64,000 nt of DNA from Macrostomum lignano (taxonomy: Eukaryota), in NCBI GenBank assembly GCA_002269645.1, contig NIVC01001326.1:43792-107791 (forward strand), read 5' to 3'. A model generated the notes under the pieces. The model worked only from the letters and a program-made list of their open reading frames with translations. It was not told the origin of the DNA and did no database searches. This document shows positions 35,201-50,239 of this stretch, piece after piece (the stretch's first letter is position 1; the number at the start of each line of letters is the position of its first letter). The translations under genes were made by a program, and so were the position numbers.

Positions 35201-38111
35201 TCAACCATGAACTCACTCATGAAGTCAACCATGAACTCACTCATGAAGTCAACCATGAACTCACTCATGAATTCAACCATGAACTCACTCATGAAGTCAA
35301 CCATGAACTCACTCATGAAGTCAACCATGAACTCACTCATGAACTCATTCATGAACTCACTCATGAAGTCAACCATGAACTCACTCATGAAGTCAACCAT
35401 GAACTCACTCATGAAGTCAACCATGAACTCACTCATGAAGTCAACCATGAACTCACTCATGAAGTCAACCATGAACTCACTCATGAATTCAACCATGAAC
35501 TCACTCATGAAGTCAACCATGAACTCACTCATGAAGTCAACCATGAACTCACTCATGAACTCATTCATGAACTCACTCATGAAGTCAACCATGAACTCAC
35601 TCATGAAGTCAACCATGAACTCACTCATGAATTCAACCATGAACTCACTCATGAAGTCAACCATGAACTCACTCATGAAGTCAACCATGAACTCACTCAT
35701 GAACTCATTCATGAACTCACTCATGAAGTCAACCATGAACTCACTCATGAATTCAACCATGAACTCACTCATGAAGTCAACCATGAACTCACTCATGAAG
35801 TCAACCATGAACTCACTCATGAAGTCAACCATGAACTCACTCATGAAGTCAACCATGAACTCACTCATGAAGTCAACCATGAACTCACTCATGAACTCAT
35901 TCATGAACTCACTCATGAAGTCAACCATGAACTCACTCATGAAGTCAACCATGAACTCACTCATGAAGTCAACCATGAACTCACTCATGAAGTCAACCAT
36001 GAACTCACTCATGAATTCAACCATGAACTCACTCATGAAGTCAACCATGAACTCACTCATGAAGTCAACCATGAACTCACTCATGAACTCATTCATGAAC
36101 TCACTCATGAAGTCAACCATGAACTCACTCATGAAGTCAACCATGAACTCACTCATGAAGTCAACCATGAACTCACTCATGAAGTCAACCATGAACTCAC
36201 TCATGAAGTCAACCATGAACTCACTCATGAAGTCAACCATGAACTCACTCATGAAGTCAACCATGAACTCACTCATGAAGTCAACCATGAACTCACTCAT
36301 GAAGTCAACCATGAACTCACTCATGAAGTCAACCATGAACTCACTCATGAAGTCAACCATGAACTCACTCATGAAGTCAACCATGAACTCACTCATGAAG
36401 TCAACCATGAACTCACTCATGAAGTCAACCATGAACTCACTCATGAAGTCAACCATGAACTCACTCATGAAGTCAACCATGAACTCACTCATGAAGTCAA
36501 CCATGAACTCACTCATGAAGTCAACCATGAACTCACTCATGAAGTCAACCATGAACTCACTCATGAAGTCAACCATGAACTCACTCATGAAGTCAACCAT
36601 GAACTCACTCATGAAGTCAACCATGAACTCACTCATGAAGTCAACCATGAACTCACTCATGAAGTCAACCATGAACTCACTCATGAAGTCAACCATGAAC
36701 TCACTCATGAAGTCAACCATGAACTCACTCATGAAGTCAACCATGAACTCACTCATGAAGTCAACCATGAACTCACTCATGAAGTCAACCATGAACTCAC
36801 TCATGAAGTCAACCATGAACTCACTCATGAAGTCAACCATGAACTCACTCATGAAGTCAACCATGAACTCACTCATGAAGTCAACCATGAACTCACTCAT
36901 GAAGTCAACCATGAACTCCCTCATGAACTCACTCATGAAGTCAACCATGAACTCACTCATGAAGTCAACCATGAACTCACTCATGAAGTCAACCATGAAC
37001 TCACTCATGAAGTCAACCATGAACTCACTCATGAAGTCAATTATAAACTCACTCACTTTACTTTATTGCTACATTCTCTACGTTCTCTACGCCTAATTCT
37101 CTTGATATTTCTTTAAGAAGCCCAGGAAAAGGTTACCTCAGATCCCTTGTTGACAGGGCTGGAATTTCACAACGGCCGCTGGGACTGCTGGGTCCTGGCT
37201 TTTGCTTGGCTTCAGTTTGGCCCGGCCTTGGCCGAGTCTGCCTATTCGGCAGTGCCGGCGGCTTCCGTTTGGGCCGCCTGTCCCTAAAGGGGTGAAGTCA
37301 CGGTGAGAGGGAGTGTATGAGAGGAGGGTGAGGGTGTAGGAGAGGAGGGTGAGGGTGTAGGAGAGGAGGGTGAGGGTGTAGGAGAGGAGGGTGAGAATGT
37401 AGGATAGGAGGATGAAAGTGTAAGGATATGAGGGTGAGAGTGTAGGATAGGAGGGTGAGCTGGTGTGGGATAGGAGGGTGAGGGTGTGGGATAGGAGGGT
37501 GAGGGTGTGGGATAGTAGGGTGAGGGTGTGGGATGGGAGGGTAAGAGTGTGGGATAGGAGGGTGAGGGTGTGGGATAGGAGGGTGAGGGTGTGGGATAGG
37601 AGGGTGAGGGTGTGGGATAGGAGGGTGAGAGTGTAAGGATTAGGAGGATGAGGGTGTGGGATGGGAGGGTAAGGGTGTGGGATCGGAGGGTGGGGGTGTG
37701 GGATGGGAGGGTAAGAGTGTGGGATAGGAGGGTGAGGGTGTGGGATAGGAGGGTGACGGTGTGGGATAGGAGGATGAGGGTGTGGGATAGGAGGGTGAGA
37801 GTGTAAGGATTAGGAGGATGAGGGTGTGGGATGGGAGGGTAAGGGTGTGGGATCGGAGGGTGGGGGTGTGGGATGGGAGGGTAAGAGTGTGGGATTGGAG
37901 GGTGAGCTGGCGTGGGATAGGAGGATGAGAGTGTGGGATAGGAGGGTGAGGGTGTGGGATAGGAGGGTGAGGGTGTGGGAGGACGGTGAGAGAGAAGGAG
38001 GATGAGAGTGAGTTTCCAAGGCAGAATCTATTTGGCTGCTCACCCAATCCTAAAGTTAAACAGGTTGCTAAAACCGCTCATTGCCCGAGCGATCGAATGA
38101 TGACACGGCAT
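32050..38111 (-). CDS. Uncharacterised low-complexity proline-rich protein, 239 aa, five exons
   Basis: Exons 38111-38044 (68 nt), 37283-37137 (147), 34315-34232 (84), 33543-33400 (144), 32326-32050 (277). All four introns are GT-AG and phase 2, giving a stop-free frame MPCHHSIARAMSGFSNLFNFRIGDRRPKRKPPALPNRQ...LETRSHDDLLNAAGAESPIFLEWSTPNSRTREWLNSQDFA...P20...SRSLKSR*. No domain recognised. Confidence 0.6.
32395..33265. repeat. 16/17-bp minisatellite CCCCA(A/TT)CCCTAAACT containing CCCTAAA
   Basis: Alternating CCCCAATCCCTAAACT and CCCCATTCCCCTAAACT units; the opposite strand is G-run rich. Confidence 0.93.
33586..34030. repeat. 26-bp minisatellite CTACTGATAACTATAAATTAGCCTTG
   Basis: About 17 units, with 24-bp deletion variants at the right end. 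Confidence 0.93.
34538..37045. repeat. 2.5-kb satellite of 12-bp CATGAA(C/G/T)TCA(CT/TT/AC) units, homogenised to a 24-mer CATGAACTCACTCATGAAGTCAAC
   Basis: Source of the 891-aa and 839-aa ORFs; lies in intron 2 of the orphan gene. Confidence 0.97.
37310..37990. repeat. 21-bp G-rich minisatellite GGATAGGAGGGTGAGGGTGTG
   Basis: Degenerate array in intron 1 of the orphan gene. Confidence 0.9.
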
Positions 38112-39813
38112 TTTGGTCAGTAGCTGAGTAAAAAAGACGAGTTCGAATTTCTTCAACACATTAGAGGTTACTATCTGCTATTTATGAATAAAAACCTACC
38201 TCAGTCTAGATATTTATACCCTCAAAGTCTAACCCTTAGCTCGTATCGTGACTGATTCATGAGCTCGTTCGTCCTACCACTCAGGTGCAAGTGGAAAACT
38301 GAGCCTCTGTTTGTATGCTTCTTTAGCTTCATTCCGGGCGTTGCTGGCAAGCCCCAGATAGAACAGCGCCGCCCACGCAAATCTTCAACAATCTCTGCCT
38401 CCATTTCTCTTAGGCTCTTTTGTGAGCCTGGAGTGAAATGGGTGTTAGCCATCCACCCCTCGCGCTGTACATTGTGCCGCCTTTGTGCTCCGTCCTCTCT
38501 ACCCCCCGTGGGGTGGGGGAGGGGTTTGCTCACCCGCTTATTTATTTGCACGCCGCCCTCTGTGCCCCGTCGCTCGCTTTGGCTTTGCAGCTCAAAATTT
38601 TTTAAGCACATTCTTTTTTCTTTTAATCTCGTTTGCTTGCAAAATAAACTTATCGTTACTACGGGGTCGCTTTCCCCACCTCTCGCGCTGCTTCGGGCCA
38701 TAAGCCTTTGCCTGCCTGCTGTTCGTCTCTTTCGCTGTTGGGGTGTGATTGGTTAATCTCATGTTTTGTTTCTGAGCTTGCCGCAGCAGCTATATTCATT
38801 GACGGTTTCTACAATACATAGCTGGGAAAATCCTTGCGGTTTCGCTTCGTTATCAGTTTGTCATGATTCACCCGATAAGCAGCGATACAATTGCACGTTT
38901 CCACGTTTTCCTGTAAACTCGTGACCCTTCCAAAAATTTGTACGATAAGCGGATGACTCATACAGACAGTGTAAAGAATCCGTCCGAGCCAATTGTGGCT
39001 AAGAAAAGAAAAATGTGAGTAATTGAACAGTGGAGTAAGTACGGTTCTGGCCGGTTCCCTGGACCCCTGCGCTACATGTACTTCGAGCAAGTACAAGTAA
39101 AGTGATTTGAGGCATTTATTTCATGTATTTATGCATGCATTAACGATAGTTAATTTTATAATCAGAATTAAAAAAAGTATCGCATTCGTATTGTGTGAAA
39201 GTAAAAGAGAAAATTGAATATCCATTTCCTTCGTGCTTAGGCATGAAGCAATTTTAAGCAATTTTAAGCAATTTAAGCAATTTTAAGCAATTTTTATGCA
39301 AATCACTGGAATGTTTAAAGTAGTAGTGTTTCTTCAAACTCGTCTTCAAATTTCTGTAAATTCCATCATATAATTTTACGAAATTTTATGCGAAACGGAA
39401 CTTAAACATTAATTTTACACAAGAACGACTTAAGTAAGGATCACGGAATTGATATCTGGTTTAGCAGTAGCCCTCGATTCTAACTGAGATCGACGCTAAA
39501 AATCCAGGTTATAGTCAGTAAGTTACTGCGCGGAAATTCGTTTTGTTTTAAGTTCATTTCAACAAAACGATACAAACTCTTTAAACTAAACAACACAGGG
39601 TTACATCAAAGTTAAAAAGGAGTTTTTTAAAAAGCAAGTTCTATTGTCAATAATATTTTTTAACTGAGATTTACATATGTAAATCAATACCGAAGAATCT
39701 AAGCAAACAAAAAGTTTAAACTGCAAAAGCCAGAGAGTTTACTTTAAGTCTAACCGGATAGAGTAGGCACACACCTGTAATTTGCAATTTCTGCTAACTA
39801 ATAAAACGTAGTA

Positions 39814-41852
<2,039 letters not shown>

Positions 41853-42169
41853 ACCTGGCCCAGATGATCACTGGAAGCTGCGACAGACGCCGCGAACTAT
41901 AAATTTTGCACTTTTTGTTTTAATTTGAACAGCGAATTCCTATTTTCATACAGTCTGAATACATGCAAATTTAATATGCTAAATTTCAATGTAGAATGAT
42001 GTTTTAATAGAAAAGCCTTTGTAGACTATCGGCCTGTCTGTCTCACTACTTTGTCATTGTATTTAAGAAGCAAAGACATATAAAGTTTTTTGACTATGTT
42101 TGATTTTTAACAAATGAGACTGCTACTGCGGGCCTTCGACAATTGACACCGGCTCGACACTTCCTTCAG

Positions 42170-42204
42170 TTCTCCATCTCTCTTCCTCTCCTTCTTCTTC
42201 CCAT

Positions 42205-42243
<39 letters not shown>

Positions 42244-43140
42244 TTTCTTTCTACTCCCACTATCTCTCCATCTCCCTCTCCCCCCCCTCCTTTTACATCT
42301 CATTTTTTCTCTCCACCCGTCTCTCTGCCTACTCTTACCTCTTCCTCTCTTCCTCCCTATCGCTCTCCGTCTCCCTCTTTCCTTCTGCTTCTCCGTCTCC
42401 GTCTCCGTCTGTTTTTCTCTGCCAAATTGTCAAATTCGAGACACACTACTTGCAACAGAATAGTAATATCTTGAGCATTTGATTTATTAAAATAATACGA
42501 GCTCATTGCAAAAAACAATCGACTTGACAGTCTGTCAAAACTGTTCGGTACGAGTTTGGAACTGCTGTTCAATCAGCATGAACCAACTGCAATGCAATGC
42601 GACCAGTTTTTACCAATGCTTGAGAAGTAGAGACGGTTGTTCGGCAAAGTGGGAAACGGAAGGCGAAGATTTGGAGAGGACGAGAGGGGCAGATAGATGA
42701 AGATTAAGAGGAGAGATTAATGCATAGGAAGAGAAGAGAGACAACTTGGAGAGGAAGAGCCCAAGGAAGAAGAGGAGGTGGAGAGACTGGGGCAGGGAGA
42801 GAGGGAATGAAGAAGAGAGTGATACAGAGAAAGGAGGGGGAGATGGAGAGGTAGATAGGAATGGGGAGGAGAAGCAGAAAGGGAGGGGGAGAAGGAGACG
42901 TAGATAGGGAAGGGGAGGGGATGTAGATAGGGAGGGGGAGAAGGAGAGGTAGATAGGGAGGGGGGTGGAGAGGTAGATACGGAGGGGGAGGTGGAGAGGT
43001 AGATACGGAGTGGGAGGAGAGGTAGATACGGAGGGGGTGGAGAGGTAGATAGGGAGGGGGGTGGAGAGGTAGATACGGAGGGAGAAGGAGAGGTAGACAG
43101 TGAGATAGGAGGAGAGGAAACGTGGAGAGGCAGGAAGAGA
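42170..43140. repeat. Low-complexity CT-rich tract (42170-42420) and purine-rich AGGTAGATAGGGAG-type tract (42700-43140)
   Basis: Compositional bias and degenerate short repeats. Confidence 0.75.
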
Positions 43141-43769
43141 CGGAGAAGCAGAATGAAACAGACAAAGGCAAAGCAGCGAGAGAGGCAGTTTGCCCCATTC
43201 ATTCGCTCAGCGAAAACTGTCAGAATTTTCCAGTGACTGCAGAAAGCTCCAGCAGCACAATGAATAAATGCATTGGCAGAGGGGGCCCGTCTAACACCGC
43301 CAGCCTTATTAAAGCCAGGGTATCGGCTGTGATAATGAAATCCAAAATCAGTTGGCGAAGGCGCACTCGCCCCCCCCCCCCTGTCTGCAGTCAATTATTC
43401 ATGCCAGCTGCGTTGAATGACCGCCAGGCAGTTTCTCATATAAAATGCTGAAATGCCGTTTCTAGGTCTGAGGAACACGCACCTGCCTGCTTAAACCTCT
43501 AGTTTAGCGGAGACTTGGGTCTCAACAATGGGGAATTTTCTTTTCTATAGCAGGGCCATTGTCCGCAACCTACCCTCCTTGGAGGGGGTTCTGTCTGGCT
43601 ATCTTTATGAGGCGTATTGGCATAAGGGGTGCTTCCACAAGGTCGAAATTTCACAAGGTAGAAACCCCCCCCCCCGGCATAAGGACAGCGGGGGAGAGAA
43701 GGATTAAAAATTTCGGTCAAGGCATGCAGAGCTCTGTCTGAATTTGATTCAGATGTACCTGGAAGGCCC

Positions 43770-45590
43770 AGACTCTGATGAGTTGGGTGGCTCAGCATCT
43801 GCAGACTTTGATGAGCTGGGTGGCTCAGCATCTGCAGACTCTGATAAGCTGGGTGGCTCAGCATCTGCAGACTCTGATAAGCTGGGTGGCTCAGCATCTG
43901 CAGACTCTGATAAGCTGGGTGGCTCAGCATCTGCAGACTTTGATGAGCTGGGTGGCTCAGCATCTGCAGACTCTGATAAGCTGGGTGGCTCAGCATCTGC
44001 AAACTCTGATAAGCTGGGTGGCTCAGCATCTGCAGACTTTGATGAGCTGGGTGGCTCAGCATCTGCAGACTCTGATAAGCTGGGTGGCTCAGCATCTGCA
44101 GACTCTGATAAGCTGGGTGGCTCAGCATCTGCAGACTTTGATGAGCTGGGTGGCTCAGCATCTGCAGACTCTGATAAGCTGGGTGGCTCAGCATCTGCAG
44201 ACTCTGATAAGCTGGGTGGCTCAGCATCTGCAAACTCTGATAAGCTGGGTGGCTCAGCATCTGCAGACTTTGATGAGCTGGGTGGCTCAGCATCTGCAGA
44301 CTCTGATAAGCTGGGTGGCTCAGCATCTGCAGACTCTGATAAGCTGGGTGGCTCAGCATCTGCAGACTCTGATAAGCTGGGTGGCTCAGCATCTGCAGAC
44401 TCTGATAAGCTGGGTGGCTCAGCATCTGCAGACTCTGATAAGCTGGGTGGCTCAGCATCTGCAGACTTTGATGAGCTGGGTGGCTCAGCATCTGCAGACT
44501 CTGATAAGCTGGGTGGCTCAGCATCTGCAGACTCTGATAAGCTGGGTGGCTCAGCATCTGCAGACTTTGATGAGCTGGGTGGCTCAGCATCTGCAGACTC
44601 TGATAAGCTGGGTGGCTCAGCATCTGCAGACTCTGATAAGCTGGGTGGCTCAGCATCTGCAGACTTTGATGAGCTGGGTGGCTCAGCATCTGCAGACTCT
44701 GATAAGCTGGGTGGCTCAGCATCTGCAGACTCTGATAAGCTGGGTGGCTCAGCATCTGCAGACTTTGATGAGCTGGGTGGCTCAGCATCTGCAGACTCTG
44801 ATAAGCTGGGTGGCTCAGCATCTGCAGACTCTGATAAGCTGGGTGGCTCAGCATCTGCAAACTCTGATAAGCTGGGTGGCTCAGCATCTGCAGACTTTGA
44901 TGAGCTGGGTGGCTCAGCATCTGCAGACTCTGATAAGCTGGGTGGCTCAGCATCTGCAGACTCTGATAAGCTGGGTGGCTCAGCATCTGCAGACTTTGAT
45001 GAGCTGGGTGGCTCAGCATCTGCAGACTCTGATAAGCTGGGTGGCTCAGCATCTGCAGACTCTGATAAGCTGGGTGGCTCAGCATCTGCAAACTCTGATA
45101 AGCTGGGTGGCTCAGCATCTGCAGACTTTGATGAGCTGGGTGGCTCAGCATCTGCAGACTCTGATAAGCTGGGTGGCTCAGCATCTGCAGACTCTGATGA
45201 GCTGGGTGGCTCAGCATCTGCAGACTCTGATAAGCTGGGTGGCTCAGCATCTGCAGACTCTGATAAGCTGGGTGGCTCAGCATCTGCAGACTTTGATGAG
45301 CTGGGTGGCTCAGCATCTGCAGACTCTGATAAGCTGGGTGGCTCAGCATCTGCAGACTCTGATAAGCTGGGTGGCTCAGCATCTGCAGACTTTGATGAGC
45401 TGGGTGGCTCAGCATCTGCAGACTCTGATAAGCTGGGTGGCTCAGCATCTGCAGACTCTGATAAGCTGGGTGGCTCAGCATCTGCAGACTTTGATGAGCT
45501 GGGTGGCTCAGCATCTGCAGACTCTGATAAGCTGGGTGGCTCAGCATCTGCAGACTTTGATGATGAGCTGGGTGGCTCAGCATCTGCAAA
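43770..45590. repeat. 33-bp minisatellite GCTGGGTGGCTCAGCATCTGCAGACTCTGATAA, ~55 units
   Basis: Three variants (CTCTGATAA, CTTTGATGA, AAACTCTGATAA); source of the 655-696-aa ORFs. Confidence 0.97.
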
Positions 45591-46264
45591 CTACAGTGCA
45601 GTGCAAATTTCAGATAATTCTACCAGCATCTGCAGCTGCCACCACCGCCCTCAGGGGCTTCCCTCATCCCATACAATGTCAGGTTCTCATAAATCTAAGA
45701 AAAACGCGTGGGCCGCTGTTGATGCAACTATCATACCCAGTTTGATGCGGGATGGGGGTTGCCGGCATAAAACAATGGGTCATTTATCCTATACACCTGT
45801 GAGCTTGGTCATTAATCAGTTGTGCCGGTAGGGGCCTCATCTCTGCCCAGATAACTGGATGCTGCAGAGCTCATCATCATCGTTACTGCCCGCAACTAGC
45901 CGCTGACATTTTTAATGCTTGACAAAAAAACTCCATCCCGCCAACCCTTCCAACCTCCGCCAGCCTCCGCCAGCCTCTGTCCCATCCGTCAGCAGACCTG
46001 TTGAATTATTCAAGCCTTACCGATGTCGGGATGCTGCAGGATGCTGGATTGCCAGAAAAGACCTCCGCGGAGCCATGCCGTGCGCTCGCCAGCGTGAATT
46101 TTTTATCACATTTAGCTGAGCTGACCTCAAGGCGGGTAGGTAAAGCCTGACGCTTGGTCCGTGTGTTGACTTCATAAGAAAGACATCTTCGCATGGAATG
46201 CGTTGAGAATTGACATTTGAAGGTTGTGCTGAACTGCGTGGGAAGTTAGGAGAATGGTTGATTT

Positions 46265-46575
46265 AGCTATAGATCAATTGATGATCTAGCTATAAATCTA
46301 TGGATGATCTAGCTATAGATCAATTGATGATCTAGCTATAGATCAATTGATGATCTAGCTATAGATCAATTGATGATCTAGCTATAGATCAATTGATGAT
46401 CTAGCTATAGATCAATTGATGAGCTAGCTATAGATCAATTGATGAGCTAGCTATAGATCAATTGATGAGCTAGCTATAGATCAGTGGATGATCTAGCTAT
46501 AGATCAGTGGATGATCTAGCTATAGATCAGTGGATGATCTAGCTATAGATCAGTGGATGATCTAGCTATAGATCA
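46265..46575. repeat. 23-bp palindrome-rich minisatellite CAATTGATGATCTAGCTATAGAT
   Basis: About 13 units containing ATCAATTGAT and ATCTA-GCTA-TAGAT inverted elements. Confidence 0.92.
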
Positions 46576-47562
46576 ATGGACGATTTAGCTATATGAAATC
46601 AATCAATCCATCTCTGGAGTCTCAAACTGGGATTTGAAACTAGCCAGTCAAAGCTTCTATAAGCTTGCAAATTTTAGCATACAAAGTTAGGCCAGCACCA
46701 GGGGCATTCGTCCTAAGCCATGGGTGCAACAGCTTGCACACAGGATCTGCTGCAGCCTGTTTACCCACACTACCAACTCTTCAATCGGATTTGTAGGCAG
46801 CGGTATCCGTATTGTTAAAAATAAAACTTGCCTTGAGTAGCCCGCAACATGAGCAGTGGGGAAGATTAGTGGCGGGTAGAGAGGGTCAAGTCAAAGAGAT
46901 TAAATTGGGACTACTGGCCCCAACGCATTGGTGAGGGCAAGTCTCTCTTTTTTATAAAGCAAGTTAGAATAATTGGGTGCCCCTAACCATTGCTCCCAAC
47001 AAAGACACGCTACAGTTCCTGTCTCTCCCCACACAACAGCATTTGAATGAGCTTAAAGCCATATCAGGGAAGCAAATGGTAAATTATTACCCGTAACTTT
47101 ACATAAGCTGGTCGGCTTCTGAGATCACCTTCCTAACCCCCCCCGCATCTATCCGCCTCTGTTCCCCAACCCTCATTTCTGCTCCCGTGGGATAAGCAAG
47201 CTCCAATACCAAAAACTAGCTTACGAGTTCAATGCTCACAAGGCGATATTGTTTTCCGACTAATTCAATGCGTAGACTGATTGATTGCCCCTCTCGCTAA
47301 AGCCCTCCCGCTCTCTCTTCTGCGCTATTGTTAAGCTGCCAAACTCAAAGAGAGCAAGGCGCCACACGGTGCTAGGATTGGCTGCAATGGCTCAATGGCT
47401 TGATCAGGACTGCGCTTGCTCCATTGCCCATCAGTTGTGACTGTAGCTCTCTTCCTTGTGTTCTGGCTGAATGGGTGTGGGAGGTGAGATAACGGTGGGA
47501 AACTGAGAATTGGAGAAGGATAGATCAGATCCCAGCTCACTTCCTATCGCAGCGTCAGCCGG

Positions 47563-47865
<303 letters not shown>

Positions 47866-48033
47866 TAGTGTCTGTCCATCTTTTATCACCACTCGACTAT
47901 CAGACTAAAACATTATACAACTGTGACCGCATGCACCAGACCAGTTGGAGATTGAACAAAACTGATATATAGATCGGGGAGCAGGCAGAAGCGTTCTGAA
48001 AGTTAGAAGGCGCCTTGACGGCTACTTCCGGAA

Positions 48034-48035
<2 letters not shown>

Positions 48036-48108
<73 letters not shown>
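48036..48108. repeat. (CT)n microsatellite
   Basis: Direct inspection. Confidence 0.95.
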
Positions 48109-48110
<2 letters not shown>

Positions 48111-50239
48111 CGTCCCCTGCGTGGCTCCGAGAAGTGAGATCGGAATTAGGTTGGCGAGGCTATGAGCGGGTTTGGCCTGAAATCTCGAAGCCTCTCTGAG
48201 CAGCAGCCGACAGTTTGAGCTTAGTGAATCCCTTTGCATTTTTGTGCATTGCTCTGCTTACTGCAGTGTGCAGTTCAGCTTCAGTAAGTCACAGAGCTGC
48301 AGATCGGACATACAATTGTTATGCTAAAGCTAGTTGAGTGCTGTGGGACCAGGAGAGGCAGGAGAGGGGGGAGAGGGGAGAAGGGAGAGGAGAGGGGAGA
48401 GGATAAGGGAGAGGGGAAGCGGTACTGCAAGGGGTGACTGCAAAAAGACGCGCATTGGCTGGGCCGGCTTTGTTATGCTTTGTTGGGGTTCTTTTTTTGC
48501 TAATGGAATCCCAGCTCCGGCCTGCCTTTTCCAACCCTTCTCTTCGCGTTCCCCAACCCGCGTAATTTCCCCTCTAAACCTACAGCCGATCCAGTTCTCT
48601 GGCGGGATCAGACAATGGGGAGAGAGCGGCAAGCGGGAGGTTGGCTTTGCAGGTGACTGGAGTGACTCAGAGAGGCGGCTCACAAGTGACTGTGTGTGTC
48701 GGTACCGCTTATTATAAAAACACCGACGAGAGTGGGAGGGAGCTGGTATTAGGGCCCCCTCTCTTCTCTTCCTCTTCAGCTCTACTAGCTCAACTGTATA
48801 ACATTTCTGCAAGTGCTGCGGCTCCCGCTACTCCAGCCTCCAGAAACTGTGTGTTTTTATTCTTCTGTTTCTGCCCTTTTTGTGCCCGCTCGCAAGTGCT
48901 GCATAATTTTTGAGAAGCTACTCAAGGCCAGGTACGAACACTTCGGTAGACTGAGGCATCCGATTTGAGACAGTTGTAGACAAGACAAGGTGGATGAGCA
49001 GGGCAGGCGCAGAATAGTTATCATGGCTTCTCAGCGTCATAACTGTTTAGCAAATCTCAACTATCTCTCTCCATTAGTAGCCGGTGGCAGGGAAAATGTT
49101 AGCTTAGGAGAGAGCAGAGAGCAGTATAAAAAATTGGGCACTTTGGTAAATGAATTTTTTATTCGGATAGCAGGCACAATAAGTGGGGCAGTTGAGAATG
49201 GAACAGCTAGAGAGAGATAGGATAGCGTAGACAAGGGGTTGCCTTCGCATTGTTGCACATTCTTCTCAACTTCAGTCAGTTGGTCTTGCTCAAACTCACT
49301 GAGTCGTATTTATTTATCTCGGTCTGAGTCTATTTAACCCTATATTAGATCTGTTTATTCGTTAGCTAGCTGCCCACGGCTAAGTCACTGAGGCGACAGG
49401 CACTGACCGACAAACTAGAATGACAGTCTTCTAAGTCTTTTTAAAAGCTACTCAAAAACTTCTAGTCTTCTTCTAGAATGACAGCAACAACAAAGACCTA
49501 TGACTAGCTGCATATGGTAAGTGGCTGCATAGCACTGCTCGCACACTGTAATAAAGGCTAAAGTTAAAATAACTGAGACTTTTCCAGAGCATTCACAGAG
49601 CAATGATTGTCCAAACGCAATTCTTGCACAAATCATCGACGCAAAATCGACAAGAACTGTGTTCGGACATCAGTGCCTGGCTCAGTGATCTTCGGTGTTG
49701 CACACCTGCATGCCATGTGCTAGTGCACTATTTCCATAGGTTGAATTGAAGGCATTCATGCATGAGACGGTATGTCATCGCGTCTCCACTATGTGCTATG
49801 TATCAATTTTATCATTTTTTGAGGGAGGCAATTTATAGAAGTGAAATTAAATATACAGTTACATTATCGGTGCATTTTCGAAAGCCTTTTAATTTAATCT
49901 TCTTTTTTTGAAACAGAGTACCGGGGTCTTTAAAAATAGTGCTAGCAGGATCTCTGGAAGGGTTCAGGGTCTCTAGAGGCAAGGACTACTTAAGTAGAAG
50001 GACGCAAGACTCAGAATTGGTGAAAATTTCATTGGAGGCCGATTTTTCAATGTATCTCCTGTGTACGCTATTGATCGTAAGATGCTTATTTTTGCGCAGA
50101 ATAGGCAGTATATTCCCTTTCATTGAAGACATCAATAAGTTTAACACGACGACTTTAACACCTAAAAATACTTGTCAACAGTACAGTATCCTTTACGACA
50201 TATATACGTTATATATATACGTTACTTTAGTCGTCCTTG

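Noticed and set aside
34421-37096. 891-aa (+) and 839-aa (-) ORFs
   Set aside because: Pure translation of a 12/24-bp satellite lacking stops; lies inside an intron of the minus-strand orphan gene.
43499-45831. 696/695/655-aa ORFs as real proteins
   Set aside because: All derive from one 33-bp array open in several frames; no non-repetitive domain, signal peptide or splice context.
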